Made by a program: the position numbers and the translations under genes
In this document: positions 50,769 through 59,583 of the stretch, piece after piece
Numbering within the stretch: position 1 is the stretch's first letter
Layout of the letters: every line of letters begins with the position of its first letter
From: an uncultured virus (IMG/VR IMGVR_UViG_3300029448_000020)
Lineage: Duplodnaviria > Heunggongvirae > Uroviricota > Caudoviricetes > Crassvirales
Virus record (IMG/VR): IMGVR_UViG_3300029448_000020
Span: 1-64,000 of that record
Strand: one strand, 5' to 3'
Length of the DNA stretch: 64,000 nucleotides
The notes under the pieces: generated by a model
Told to the model about the DNA's origin: nothing
The model's input: only the letters and a program-made list of their open reading frames with translations
Databases searched by the model: none

Positions 50769-51107
50769 CTATGAGTCAAGAGTTATTGCACACGACAGTA
50801 TATCTTTGTGTAAAAATATACTATTGATATCATCGCAGACAGTAATTAAACCATCTTTCATGCTACCAGTTGCTGTACATGCTCTAGCTATAGCTTCAAA
50901 AATTGCTTTTTCAACAGCAGTTCCAGCTGTAGTTGTAAGTGTAACTAAATCGTTTTCAGTTCCACCAGCACCAGTACCACCAGCAACACCAGATGAGAAT
51001 CTAAGTAGAACAGCTTCGTCTGCGGCACAAGTTACAGCCGCTAATTTTGAAAGCGGGAACATTGCGATGTCATTTTCGGCGTCTACAAATAATAAAAATT
51101 TTTCCAT
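50769..51107 (-). CDS. hypothetical protein
   Basis: Ala/Gly/Thr-rich ORF preceded by a long AT-rich leader. Confidence 0.55.
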   Translation of the reverse strand: MEKFLLFVDAENDIAMFPLSKLAAVTCAADEAVLLRFSSGVAGGTGAGGTENDLVTLTTTAGTAVEKAIFEAIARACTATGSMKDGLITVCDDINSIFLHKDILSCAITLDS

Positions 51108-51225
51108 TTGTTTATATTTTTATGATTATTAATTAATTGATTTTGATTTTTTGTTTATTGTTTATGGTTTATAGTTTATGTATAATCTACTTTAATAGAT
51201 ATTACATACTTTTTATAAATAGTAA

Positions 51226-51483
51226 CTATTCTACTATAACTATATCCCTCATGCGTATAACGCGATACATCTCATCTTTATATGAAATATCATGACCTGC
51301 CATAGTATCGTAATATATTACATCACCTCTCGTTACTATTTCAACCATATTACCAACAGATACTATCTTTGCTTTTTTATACCTGTTAGTTTCGTCTGTT
51401 TCATCTGTTAAGATTAAACCTCCAACCTTTTTTGGTCCTTCTTTTACTTTATCTACTATAACGTAGTCATTAATTGCTTGCAT
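51226..51483 (-). CDS. groES: co-chaperonin GroES
   Basis: [15 protein letters not shown] mobile loop, IVSVG, GDVIYY, DIVIVE. Confidence 0.88.
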   Translation of the reverse strand: MQAINDYVIVDKVKEGPKKVGGLILTDETDETNRYKKAKIVSVGNMVEIVTRGDVIYYDTMAGHDISYKDEMYRVIRMRDIVIVE

Positions 51484-53035
51484 TTTCTATTCTTATATTT
51501 GAAATTACACAATCTGCTGACATCACAGTTAAAGCTACACTTACAGCATTTTTAAGCGCGGACTTAGTTACTAATACTGGATCAATAATACCTTCATCAA
51601 TCATTTTAACAAATGCACCATTTATTACATTACAACCATAACCTTCTTTCATACCAGTGTTAAGTTTTAATCCAGCATTTTCCATTATAGTTGCAAACGG
51701 TGAAGATAATGATTTTAATAATACGTTTCCAGCTTTATTGGTTTTTATTTTTTGACTAGCGTTAAGAAGAGCAATACCACCACCTGGGACGATACCTTCT
51801 TTCAGGGCCGCTTTCGTAGCGTATATTGCATCTTCTATTCTATCTTTCTTTTCTTTTAGTTCAACCTTAGAATTAGCACCTACTTTAATCATTCCAACAC
51901 TACCTGATAATGTAGCTAATCTTTGTTCTAGTTTCTTTTTAATAAAACCATTCTTCTCTTCAGCTAACTTAGTATTTAACTCATCTATTCTACCTTCTAT
52001 CTCGTCTGTCATTCCTTCTAGCGTTAAAATAGTATCTTTATCATTTGTAATAGAAAACTCAGCTTCACCTAAGTGTTCTGGCTTCATAAGATCTAAATCA
52101 TCACCAAGTTCTTCATTTAATACTGTAGCACCGGTTAATATAGCTAAATCCTCTATAGCATCTTTCTTTGTTGGTCCAAAACCTGGAGAATCTATTATAT
52201 TAATCTTTATATTACCTTTAACTTTATTCATTAATAATGCAGATTTAACTGATTGAGCAACTGGTGCTACTATTAGTAATGATCTATTGTTTTTAATAAC
52301 ATACTCTAATATTGACTGTATTTTACGAATATTCGGTATTTCAGATGAACATGTTAAAACAAGAGGGTTATCTAGTTCACATGTATGTTTTTCTGTATTT
52401 GTAACAAAGTGAGGTGATGTTAGTCCACAGTCTATTTGAACACCATCAACTATCTCAACATAAGTATCTTCAGTTGGTGACTCTTCCATAAGTACAACTC
52501 CATTTTTACCAACCTTGTCATAAGCTTCAGCAATTATCTTGCCTAGCTCTTTATCGTTGTTACATGATATAGAACTAACAGAAGATAGCATATCACCTTC
52601 TACTTCAACTGATATATTGTTTAAGTAGCTAATGACACTATCTAGTGTTTCATTTACTCCATCTTTAATTTCTCTTATTGTAAGACCATCTGCGACTGCA
52701 GCGTCTATTTGTTTGATTAGTGCTTCTGCTAGCACTGTAGCTGTTGTAGTTCCATCACCAGCTTCTTTAACTGTGTTTCTGGCAGCTTCTTTTATGAGTG
52801 TTGCACCCATATTCTCAACCGGATCATACAAGACTACGCTCTCTGCAACGGTTACTCCATCTTTTGTAATGACCGGTTTGCCTCTCCCATCTTCGTAGAT
52901 AACACATTTTCCTGATGCACCTAACGTAGATTTAACGGCTTGGGCTAATTTATTAACTCCAGTGATAACCTTATCTTTAGCTTCACCACCAAAGTTTAGG
53001 TTTTTCACCAATTCACTTGGTAAGTTATATTCCAT
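51470..53035 (-). CDS. groEL: chaperonin GroEL
   Basis: [42 protein letters not shown]; no GGM tail. Confidence 0.95.
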   Translation of the reverse strand: MEYNLPSELVKNLNFGGEAKDKVITGVNKLAQAVKSTLGASGKCVIYEDGRGKPVITKDGVTVAESVVLYDPVENMGATLIKEAARNTVKEAGDGTTTATVLAEALIKQIDAAVADGLTIREIKDGVNETLDSVISYLNNISVEVEGDMLSSVSSISCNNDKELGKIIAEAYDKVGKNGVVLMEESPTEDTYVEIVDGVQIDCGLTSPHFVTNTEKHTCELDNPLVLTCSSEIPNIRKIQSILEYVIKNNRSLLIVAPVAQSVKSALLMNKVKGNIKINIIDSPGFGPTKKDAIEDLAILTGATVLNEELGDDLDLMKPEHLGEAEFSITNDKDTILTLEGMTDEIEGRIDELNTKLAEEKNGFIKKKLEQRLATLSGSVGMIKVGANSKVELKEKKDRIEDAIYATKAALKEGIVPGGGIALLNASQKIKTNKAGNVLLKSLSSPFATIMENAGLKLNTGMKEGYGCNVINGAFVKMIDEGIIDPVLVTKSALKNAVSVALTVMSADCVISNIRIENASN

Positions 53036-53081
53036 GGTATTATATTTTATTTGATTAAATTAAATTGTCTTGTAGGTATTA

Positions 53082-53414
53082 TCACCTATTCTTTTTCAAA
53101 TTAAGCATTTTTCTTAATAATTTTGCTTCAGGGTCTTTTGGGTCCATACCTCTTAGCTGTTCTCTTATTTTATTTTTTTGCATCTCATTAAGAGGTTTAG
53201 CTACATTTTTGTTGTATTGATGAACTTTTCTCCTATGTTTTCTTTCTTGCTTCTTAGTCATTTTATCAGTATCATCATCTCTCACTATATCCTCATTTTG
53301 ATCTTTTAAAAACTTTATATCTTCTTTAGTATAGTGCTTTGGATATTTCTTCTTAGGTGGATCAGTTCTCTTTAATAATGGAGATTTTCCAAAAAATTTA
53401 CTTTTAAACGTCAT
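53082..53414 (-). CDS. basic small protein (MTFKSKFFGKSPL)
   Basis: Tag variant; Lys-rich. Confidence 0.6.
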   Translation of the reverse strand: MTFKSKFFGKSPLLKRTDPPKKKYPKHYTKEDIKFLKDQNEDIVRDDDTDKMTKKQERKHRRKVHQYNKNVAKPLNEMQKNKIREQLRGMDPKDPEAKLLRKMLNLKKNR

Positions 53415-53781
53415 TGTTGTTATTTTTTTGTTCTTGTTCTTTTTCTAACTCTTTTCTTGCTTTTTTCTGTTTTCTTTTTTGATTTAGGTGTTTTCCTATT
53501 TTATAAGCTCCATGCGCAAGTGCTATAGTACCTATTGGTCCTTTTGCAAAACGCAACAATGATTTACCAGGTGTTTTTAAAGCTTGAATACCTTTTCCAA
53601 CAGCTATAGCACCAGTGGCACCTAAAACTGCTTTTCCAGCAACAGGTGCAGATTTAAATGAATCAACTGCCATGTTAGCTATATGTGGTGCCATTTTGTA
53701 ACCAATAGCACCTGTAATCAAATGTTGAGCAATTGATTTAAATGGGGATTTTTTAAGAAATTTTTTACTAAATTTTGACAT
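53404..53781 (-). CDS. basic small protein (MSKFSKKFLKKSPF)
   Basis: Tag variant; Gly/Ala amphipathic helices. Confidence 0.6.
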   Translation of the reverse strand: MSKFSKKFLKKSPFKSIAQHLITGAIGYKMAPHIANMAVDSFKSAPVAGKAVLGATGAIAVGKGIQALKTPGKSLLRFAKGPIGTIALAHGAYKIGKHLNQKRKQKKARKELEKEQEQKNNNNDV

Positions 53782-53782
53782 G

Positions 53783-54028
53783 TTATTTATATTGTTCGTT
53801 TTGACTTAATGCAAATTTAGCACCTGCAGATCCTCTTCCGCCTCGAGCTGCTAATGCATGATTTTTAGCTTCAACAGGATCTTGCCCAGCTCTAACTTCA
53901 TATGCTGTCATTGGTGATTTTTTTCTACAGCTACCTTTACTATAAGCTTTTTTACCTGGAGTAGGTTCATAACCTTTCCAACATCTAGATTTAGTAAAAG
54001 GACTCCAGCCTGATTGTTCGTATGCCAT
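53783..54028 (-). CDS. small protein with MAYEQSGWSPF tag and CWKGY motif
   Basis: N-terminal motif; operon fit. Confidence 0.65.
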   Translation of the reverse strand: MAYEQSGWSPFTKSRCWKGYEPTPGKKAYSKGSCRKKSPMTAYEVRAGQDPVEAKNHALAARGGRGSAGAKFALSQNEQYK

Positions 54029-54033
54029 ACTTT

Positions 54034-54510
54034 TTAATTTTTATCGTATTGCTCGTTACCATAACTACCTGGTCCTGTTTCCATCATTTTTTGTAGCTCT
54101 CTTAGTCTTTTAAGTTCAGCATCTGTAATAGTACCAGCATCTTTTTTAGCCTGTAGCATTTTAACAGTGTCATGAGGTGATTTCTTCTTTATTTTAGGAA
54201 CCTTCTTGTCATTCTTCTTCATCATAGGTGAAGTTATTTGTCCCGCGAATCCATGATCTGGATTTGCTTTCATTTCACCTTTAGTTCTCTTCTTCATTGG
54301 TGAATCTAGGATTTTTTTCTGTAAGTGCTCTGGTAGTTGATCTTGATCACCTACTAAAGGTTTACTCATTGGAGATGCATCATATTGCTGTATTCCACCC
54401 ATAGCTTTAAATGGAAAACCTTCTCCAGTTTTTTTATTAGGACTGTGTTTCATTTTAAAACCACTAGGTTTGCCCATAAAACCGTCAGTATCTTTTTTAA
54501 ATGTTGGCAT
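54034..54510 (-). CDS. basic protein with FKMKHSP and repeated SPM motifs
   Basis: MPTFKKDTDGF parallels MPDFKKDTKGF of 7132-7482. Confidence 0.65.
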   Translation of the reverse strand: MPTFKKDTDGFMGKPSGFKMKHSPNKKTGEGFPFKAMGGIQQYDASPMSKPLVGDQDQLPEHLQKKILDSPMKKRTKGEMKANPDHGFAGQITSPMMKKNDKKVPKIKKKSPHDTVKMLQAKKDAGTITDAELKRLRELQKMMETGPGSYGNEQYDKN

Positions 54511-54528
54511 AGTTTTGTTTTTTATTAT

Positions 54529-54930
54529 TTAATATTTATTTTTATGTTTTCCCATTGGAGAAGGGCGTGGTCTGTCTCTATTAACTAAATCACTCATTCT
54601 TTTTCTATCATCTAATCTATCTAACTCTTGATCTTCCTTCGCCATTTGTCTTCTTTTAGCACTAGCCTCAGGGTTTTCAAGCATTTTCTCAAGATTTTTT
54701 ATTTTTCTTTGTTTTCTTGCTATACCTCTAGTTACACCTTTATCTTCTTTTCTTTTTATACCTTTCTTTTTTCTATCAATCTTTTTTTGTAAATATTCTT
54801 TCTCCGCTTCAACATCAACATCTTGCGAAGCATATCTCATTTCTATTTCTCGTTTATCTCGCTGATACTGCATGTCTTTCGCAGAATCAGGTCTACTAAA
54901 AGCTTCAAAACCTCTCATTTTAAATGCCAT
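54529..54930 (-). CDS. charged protein with MAFKMRGF tag
   Basis: N-terminal motif; operon fit. Confidence 0.65.
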   Translation of the reverse strand: MAFKMRGFEAFSRPDSAKDMQYQRDKREIEMRYASQDVDVEAEKEYLQKKIDRKKKGIKRKEDKGVTRGIARKQRKIKNLEKMLENPEASAKRRQMAKEDQELDRLDDRKRMSDLVNRDRPRPSPMGKHKNKY

Positions 54931-54948
54931 AATTGTTTTTTTAAATTG

Positions 54949-55320
54949 TTATTCTTTTTCAGCCTGTATTGCTGATTGTTCCCATGGATGATCTGGATGT
55001 CCCTCAGGTAATCTGCCAGCGGGTCCATCTATAACCTTTTCTCCATCAACTTCTTTTCTAAAGTATATTTTATCTTCCCACATAACCCACTCATCACCAT
55101 ACTGTGCTCTTCCAGATTCCATGTCGTTCATGTGTTTGAGTTCGTGTTTTATTGTTTTGTTGTACTTTTCTGTGCCTTCTTTTAATTGAGGATCTACAAA
55201 TATAGTACCATCGTTATTGGCTTCAGCTAAAATACTACCTTCTAAATCTTTTTTTATTATAGGTGTATTTTGTGGGGTACGATATCCTCTTCCTTCATTT
55301 CCTAGTTTAAATTTAGCCAT
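54949..55320 (-). CDS. small zincin-like metallopeptidase
   Basis: LAEANNDGTIFVD, TIKHELKH, HPWEQSA. Confidence 0.65.
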   Translation of the reverse strand: MAKFKLGNEGRGYRTPQNTPIIKKDLEGSILAEANNDGTIFVDPQLKEGTEKYNKTIKHELKHMNDMESGRAQYGDEWVMWEDKIYFRKEVDGEKVIDGPAGRLPEGHPDHPWEQSAIQAEKE

Positions 55321-55322
55321 AA

Positions 55323-56186
55323 TTACATATCGTTTTCTTCTCTATAGTTTTCTATAAATTCACTTAATTTTTCAATTTCTTCATCTGTAGGATTACCTAA
55401 TGCTTGTCTATCCTCTTCAGTTAAACCACCTTCTTCCTCACTTTTACCAAGAAACTTTTGATATCTTTTGAGTTGCTCCATACCAGTTTCACCCCACACT
55501 TTACCAGTTTTTGCTGTATATTGTTCTTTTTCAGCATCTGATTGTTCTCTAAATCCACGTTGAGTTGCTAGTCCTTTTTTCCACTCAGCTAGTGATGAGT
55601 GAACACCGTTGAGATTTAAATCTTTTCCAGAATGTATTTGTCCATCGTTATACATTCTTTCTTTACCCATCCAATCTGTTCCAGATTCTATCCCAAATGA
55701 ATAACCTTTACTTAAATCAAAATTTAATAATGATGCATCACCACCTTTCTGTCTAACTAAATTAGCTTGGTTTCTCATGAACTGTTGGAATTGAGGAGTA
55801 TTATATACAGCTTCAAAATGTACACCTTGAGGCCCTGGATGCGATCCTGTTCCACTGGCAGTTGTTCCAGCGGGCGCTTGCATTCTGAATGCTCGCATAT
55901 ATAATTCTTCCCCAATACGTTGTTGAGCCATTTGCTCTAATGTTAACTCTGTTGGTTCACCATAACGACCTGGATTATTTATTGAACCAAATCTTTGCCC
56001 GTATTTCCACCACTTAAGTTGTAAGCCGATGCCAGTTTTATTAAGTTTTGGTAACCACTTACCTCTACCAGACTTTTGCATTTGATTCTGGTATTGTACA
56101 TACTCTGCTGCATTTTCTTGTTCAGAAATTTGCATCGGTGAGTCCTTTTTTCGTGGTTTTGGAAAACCTTTTTGCTTATACGCCAT
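55323..56186 (-). CDS. hypothetical protein with MAYKQKGF tag
   Basis: N-terminal motif followed by DSPMQ. Confidence 0.65.
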   Translation of the reverse strand: MAYKQKGFPKPRKKDSPMQISEQENAAEYVQYQNQMQKSGRGKWLPKLNKTGIGLQLKWWKYGQRFGSINNPGRYGEPTELTLEQMAQQRIGEELYMRAFRMQAPAGTTASGTGSHPGPQGVHFEAVYNTPQFQQFMRNQANLVRQKGGDASLLNFDLSKGYSFGIESGTDWMGKERMYNDGQIHSGKDLNLNGVHSSLAEWKKGLATQRGFREQSDAEKEQYTAKTGKVWGETGMEQLKRYQKFLGKSEEEGGLTEEDRQALGNPTDEEIEKLSEFIENYREENDM

Positions 56187-56197
56187 ATTGCTATTGT

Positions 56198-57208
56198 TTA
56201 TTGTCCAAAAAACTCTCTAATTGGTCTGTCCCAGTCACTAAAGTTTATTTGACTTAAATCTAGGTTTAAACCTTTGCTTTTTTTCTTTTTCTTAACATTA
56301 CCTTCATCTCTTCTTACTGGTTGTGGTCTTGATGGTGATCCATCTCTATCAAAACCTTCAATAGTGTCATCATATCTTAAATTATACTTATCGTAGAATT
56401 TTTTTCTAGCGTCAGTATTAATCTTTGGAGCATCATCCCATGGTATTTTACCAGTTTTTTCAGGAATTACCTCTCCTCCAGTTATTTTACCTACACTAAC
56501 TTTACCTTCTTTTTCACCTGTAAGTTTAGCTTCAGGTAATCTTGTTGGTATTGCGCCTTCACCGCTAGGAATATTTAATAAAAAGTTAGTTAAATCAGCA
56601 TTTTTATATTTTCCAAATTCACTTAAGTCTGAAAAACCTTCTTTACCTTCTTTTCCTAAGTAAGCAGCGCCACTAGTCCATCTATTACTATATCCTTTTC
56701 CACTACTTTTAGCTCTAACTCCTTGAAACTCGTTCGGTCTAAGTTCTATTTGAAAATCTCCTTTGTCTTTTGAGCCTTGAGTAGCTTTTAATAAACGCTC
56801 TCTTATTGCTTTATCTTTAGTAGATAAGTTTTTAGGGTTCATGCGTTTTATTTGCTCTATGTCTTCTTGTTTTAAATTGAAAGTTCCACCACCTCTTGAT
56901 GAAGCAGTATCTTGGCTTGGAGTAAATTGATCACCTTGAGAGTAATTACCTTGCCAATCATCGCCTGCAAATTCTTTATTATCAAAATAATCACGCTGTC
57001 CTCCTCTAGGAAAAGTATCACCTGATTCATGAGAGTATTCACCACCAGACATAGGAAGTCTTTCACCTGTAATTTTACCGTAATCGTCAATCTCTGTACC
57101 AGCATAGTCAGATGTACCACTAGCCATCTGCTCTAATTCTATACTCTTATATAAAGTGGGTTTCTTTTTACCATGAAACCCACCATATCCTTTCATTTTA
57201 AAGGCCAT
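56198..57208 (-). CDS. hypothetical protein with MAFKMKGY tag
   Basis: N-terminal motif; Gly/charged body. Confidence 0.65.
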   Translation of the reverse strand: MAFKMKGYGGFHGKKKPTLYKSIELEQMASGTSDYAGTEIDDYGKITGERLPMSGGEYSHESGDTFPRGGQRDYFDNKEFAGDDWQGNYSQGDQFTPSQDTASSRGGGTFNLKQEDIEQIKRMNPKNLSTKDKAIRERLLKATQGSKDKGDFQIELRPNEFQGVRAKSSGKGYSNRWTSGAAYLGKEGKEGFSDLSEFGKYKNADLTNFLLNIPSGEGAIPTRLPEAKLTGEKEGKVSVGKITGGEVIPEKTGKIPWDDAPKINTDARKKFYDKYNLRYDDTIEGFDRDGSPSRPQPVRRDEGNVKKKKKSKGLNLDLSQINFSDWDRPIREFFGQ

Positions 57209-57214
57209 ATTGTA

Positions 57215-57508
57215 TTATTTAAACGTTTTGACCACTTTCGGCCCTTTTACATACTCTAGCTTTTTAGAAAAATGTTCAACACTAAGTTCTACAGCTTGTT
57301 CTGCACCTTCCATCGTCTCCCTTCTTGTAATATCAACCCAAGAATCTTCATTTTCAGGTTTATTTACTTCTGTTTGATAATATCCGTTAGCTAATTGTGT
57401 TATTCTCCAGTTTTTCTTCTCAGCCAAGTGTTTCCACTCTTCTATTTGTTTCTCTGAAATTTTTGGTTCTGTAGTATATGTACTACTTTTATAGTATATG
57501 TATGTCAT
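57215..57508 (-). CDS. hypothetical protein
   Basis: NWRITQLANGYYQTE, W.DITRRET; operon fit. Confidence 0.65.
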   Translation of the reverse strand: MTYIYYKSSTYTTEPKISEKQIEEWKHLAEKKNWRITQLANGYYQTEVNKPENEDSWVDITRRETMEGAEQAVELSVEHFSKKLEYVKGPKVVKTFK

Positions 57509-57560
57509 GTTATTTGGTTTTATTGTTAATTAATTGGTATAAGGACTTTCCTTATTCTAT

Positions 57561-58004
57561 TTATCCTCTGTCAAATAAAAAGTACTCTAGTGTTCCTGCT
57601 CCGTCAGCGTCAACTGTTAGATCCATTGTGTAATCAAACGGAAAGAAAGCAAATTCACCATCTAATAATGTGAATAATCTTGCTGTATCACCAGAAGCTG
57701 TTAAATCAGCTGCTGAACCACCGTCCGCTACGATACCTACGTGAATACTTCTTGTTGATCCTGTTGTGTTCTTCATGTATACAAAGCAACCTACTGTACC
57801 TCCAGCACCATCACCACCTGATATTGCGTCACCATCAAGTAATGTTGCTTCTGTTGTACTTACTGTTACTGTTTCAGCTTGTACTTTATCTACAGTCAGA
57901 GTATCTGTTGCAGATAACGACAAAGCTATACTCAACGGTCCTGCATCTGTAGTAGCGGTAGACGCATTAGATGTGAGTGAAAATGTTGGTTTTATTACTG
58001 CCAT
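57561..58004 (-). CDS. beta-rich putative virion protein, first gene of the late block
   Basis: Thr/Ala/Gly-rich, GEFAFFP motif. Confidence 0.55.
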   Translation of the reverse strand: MAVIKPTFSLTSNASTATTDAGPLSIALSLSATDTLTVDKVQAETVTVSTTEATLLDGDAISGGDGAGGTVGCFVYMKNTTGSTRSIHVGIVADGGSAADLTASGDTARLFTLLDGEFAFFPFDYTMDLTVDADGAGTLEYFLFDRG

Positions 58005-58108
58005 TTTAATTTATTTTTATTTTTTAATAATTACACGGCTTTTTGCCGTTTTTCTATATTGTAGATAATCACATGGTAGTATAGATATTTACTAATGTAC
58101 CGGTACTT

Positions 58109-58201
58109 CCCCCGTATTGTAAATATAGGTATTTTGTCTTACACCCCACTAAAAATACCACCCCATCCCCTGGAAAGTCAATCCTTTTACCCCACTCCCC
58201 C
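58109..58201. other. cluster of C4-5 tracts (G-tracts on the minus strand) at the early/late divergence
   Basis: CCCCC 58109, CCCC 58144, 58161, 58167, 58190, CCCCC 58197 in otherwise very AT-rich DNA. Confidence 0.7.
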
Positions 58202-58232
58202 AATATATATACAATTTCATTATAATCTTTTC

Positions 58233-58270
58233 ACAAACTAACTACGACTATCATTAGATAATAATAATGT
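58233..58270 (+). promoter_or_regulatory. early element copy 1
   Basis: ACAAACTAACTACGA-ctatcatt-AGATAATAATAATGT. Confidence 0.75.
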
Positions 58271-58303
58271 AAGTAAAATATAAATAATATAAATATAATA
58301 CTA

Positions 58304-58341
58304 ACAAACTAAATACGAGAATATATAGATAATAATAATAA
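58304..58341 (+). promoter_or_regulatory. early element copy 2
   Basis: ACAAACTAAATACGA-gaatatat-AGATAATAATAATAA. Confidence 0.8.
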
Positions 58342-58357
58342 CTAAAATATAATAACT

Positions 58358-58576
58358 ATGACAACTAAAAGATTTGTAATAAGAAAGTCCTTAATAGGTA
58401 AAGACGTAACAATAACATTTGTTAACAAGAAAGGTGAAACAGTAAAGTATAGTCACGACGATGTGTATAACAAGTTCAAAGAAAGATTCGACTCAATGAA
58501 TTGCTTTGCTAAATATAAATCATATACTAATAGTAATGCTATGCCAGCTTTCTGCCGAGATATGAAGATTCAGTAA
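58358..58576 (+). CDS. early protein, paralog A
   Basis: KRFVIRKSLIGKD..CFAKYKSYT; similar to 59058-59291. Confidence 0.75.
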   Translation: MTTKRFVIRKSLIGKDVTITFVNKKGETVKYSHDDVYNKFKERFDSMNCFAKYKSYTNSNAMPAFCRDMKIQ

Positions 58577-58727
58577 TATCTCGCTACATAATAGTGTGAC
58601 AATTGCTAGTTACTATATCTTTAGTTATAACGCTAATGTCACAGTATAAATAATTAATTTGCGAGTAGAGAAGTGACGAGCAATACGTGTACAAGTAATT
58701 TATTCATTAAACAATTAATATACTTTT

Positions 58728-58765
58728 ACAAACTAAATACGAAACAGTAAAGATAATAATAATGT
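58728..58765 (+). promoter_or_regulatory. early element copy 3
   Basis: ACAAACTAAATACGA-aacagtaa-AGATAATAATAATGT. Confidence 0.8.
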
Positions 58766-58777
58766 AAAACAAATGTA

Positions 58778-58855
58778 ATGGAATTTATAATACTAACAAC
58801 AATTTGGATAATAGTAAAAACTGCTGAGAAATTAGCTAAAATAGAAGAAAGATGA
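58778..58855 (+). CDS. 25-aa hydrophobic peptide
   Basis: MEFIILTTIWIIVKTAEKLAKIEER; ATGA overlap with the next ORF. Confidence 0.45.
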   Translation: MEFIILTTIWIIVKTAEKLAKIEER

Positions 58856-58986
58856 TGAAGTACCTAAGTAAAGATAAAGAACAAAGAATACAACAAATTG
58901 CGCTAATAATACACAATGCAAGAGTGTATGGCGTTGAAGTAAATCAAGAGTTACTTGATGAATACAACAAGTTAACTAAAGAATAA
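58852..58986 (+). CDS. 44-aa early protein
   Basis: MMKYLSKDKEQRIQQIALII...; translated by hand. Confidence 0.5.
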   Translation: MMKYLSKDKEQRIQQIALIIHNARVYGVEVNQELLDEYNKLTKE

Positions 58987-58998
58987 TTGTGAGTCGTC

Positions 58999-59036
58999 AC
59001 AATATAAATACGAACAAGTGTAGATAATATAAATGT
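58999..59036 (+). promoter_or_regulatory. early element copy 4
   Basis: ACAATATAAATACGA-acaagtgt-AGATAATATAAATGT. Confidence 0.8.
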
Positions 59037-59057
59037 AAATAAATAAAATTAATAATT

Positions 59058-59291
59058 ATGACTAATAATGTAATTCAAAGCAAGAGATTTGTGGTAAGAC
59101 AATCACTTGTTGGCAAAGATGCCACTATAAATGTAACATTCAAAAATGGCAAAACTGCGACTTATAATCACGACAAAGTGTTTGCTATCATGAAAGATAA
59201 GTTACAAGAAATGCCATGCTTTATCAAGTACAAGTCGTACACGGCGAGTAATAACCTACCAATGATGGTAAGAGATAAAGATATCGCCTAA
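59058..59291 (+). CDS. early protein, paralog B
   Basis: KRFVVRQSLVGKD..CFIKYKSYT. Confidence 0.75.
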   Translation: MTNNVIQSKRFVVRQSLVGKDATINVTFKNGKTATYNHDKVFAIMKDKLQEMPCFIKYKSYTASNNLPMMVRDKDIA

Positions 59292-59482
59292 TGCGTAGTA
59301 AGAAGTTTAGCCACTTCGAAGTATTTAAAGCAGTAATAACAACTCTTTACATCACAAGTGGCATTCTTATGTTTAGTACACTGATAAGTAATGCGTCACA
59401 AATGTACAAACAAGTAGAAGTAATAGATTCTTATTCAGGAGCAACAATGTATAGTTGCGAGAACTGTGACGAAATAGATTAA
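59291..59482 (+). CDS. small membrane protein
   Basis: TM segment and terminal CENC. Confidence 0.55.
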   Translation: MRSKKFSHFEVFKAVITTLYITSGILMFSTLISNASQMYKQVEVIDSYSGATMYSCENCDEID

Positions 59483-59583
59483 GTTATACAAAACCACTAA
59501 TGAAGTGCTGAGTAACTAGTGGTAACTTGAGACGTAGTTGACTACATTTAGCGTCTTATAAATAATGCGAATGAGTAATACAA

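Noticed and set aside
7162..58068. Numerous plus-strand ORFs within the late block (e.g. 7545, 14189, 16937, 19922, 27909, 40948, 52632)
   Set aside because: Antisense shadows of long minus-strand genes, with Phe/Leu/Ser-rich composition and no motifs
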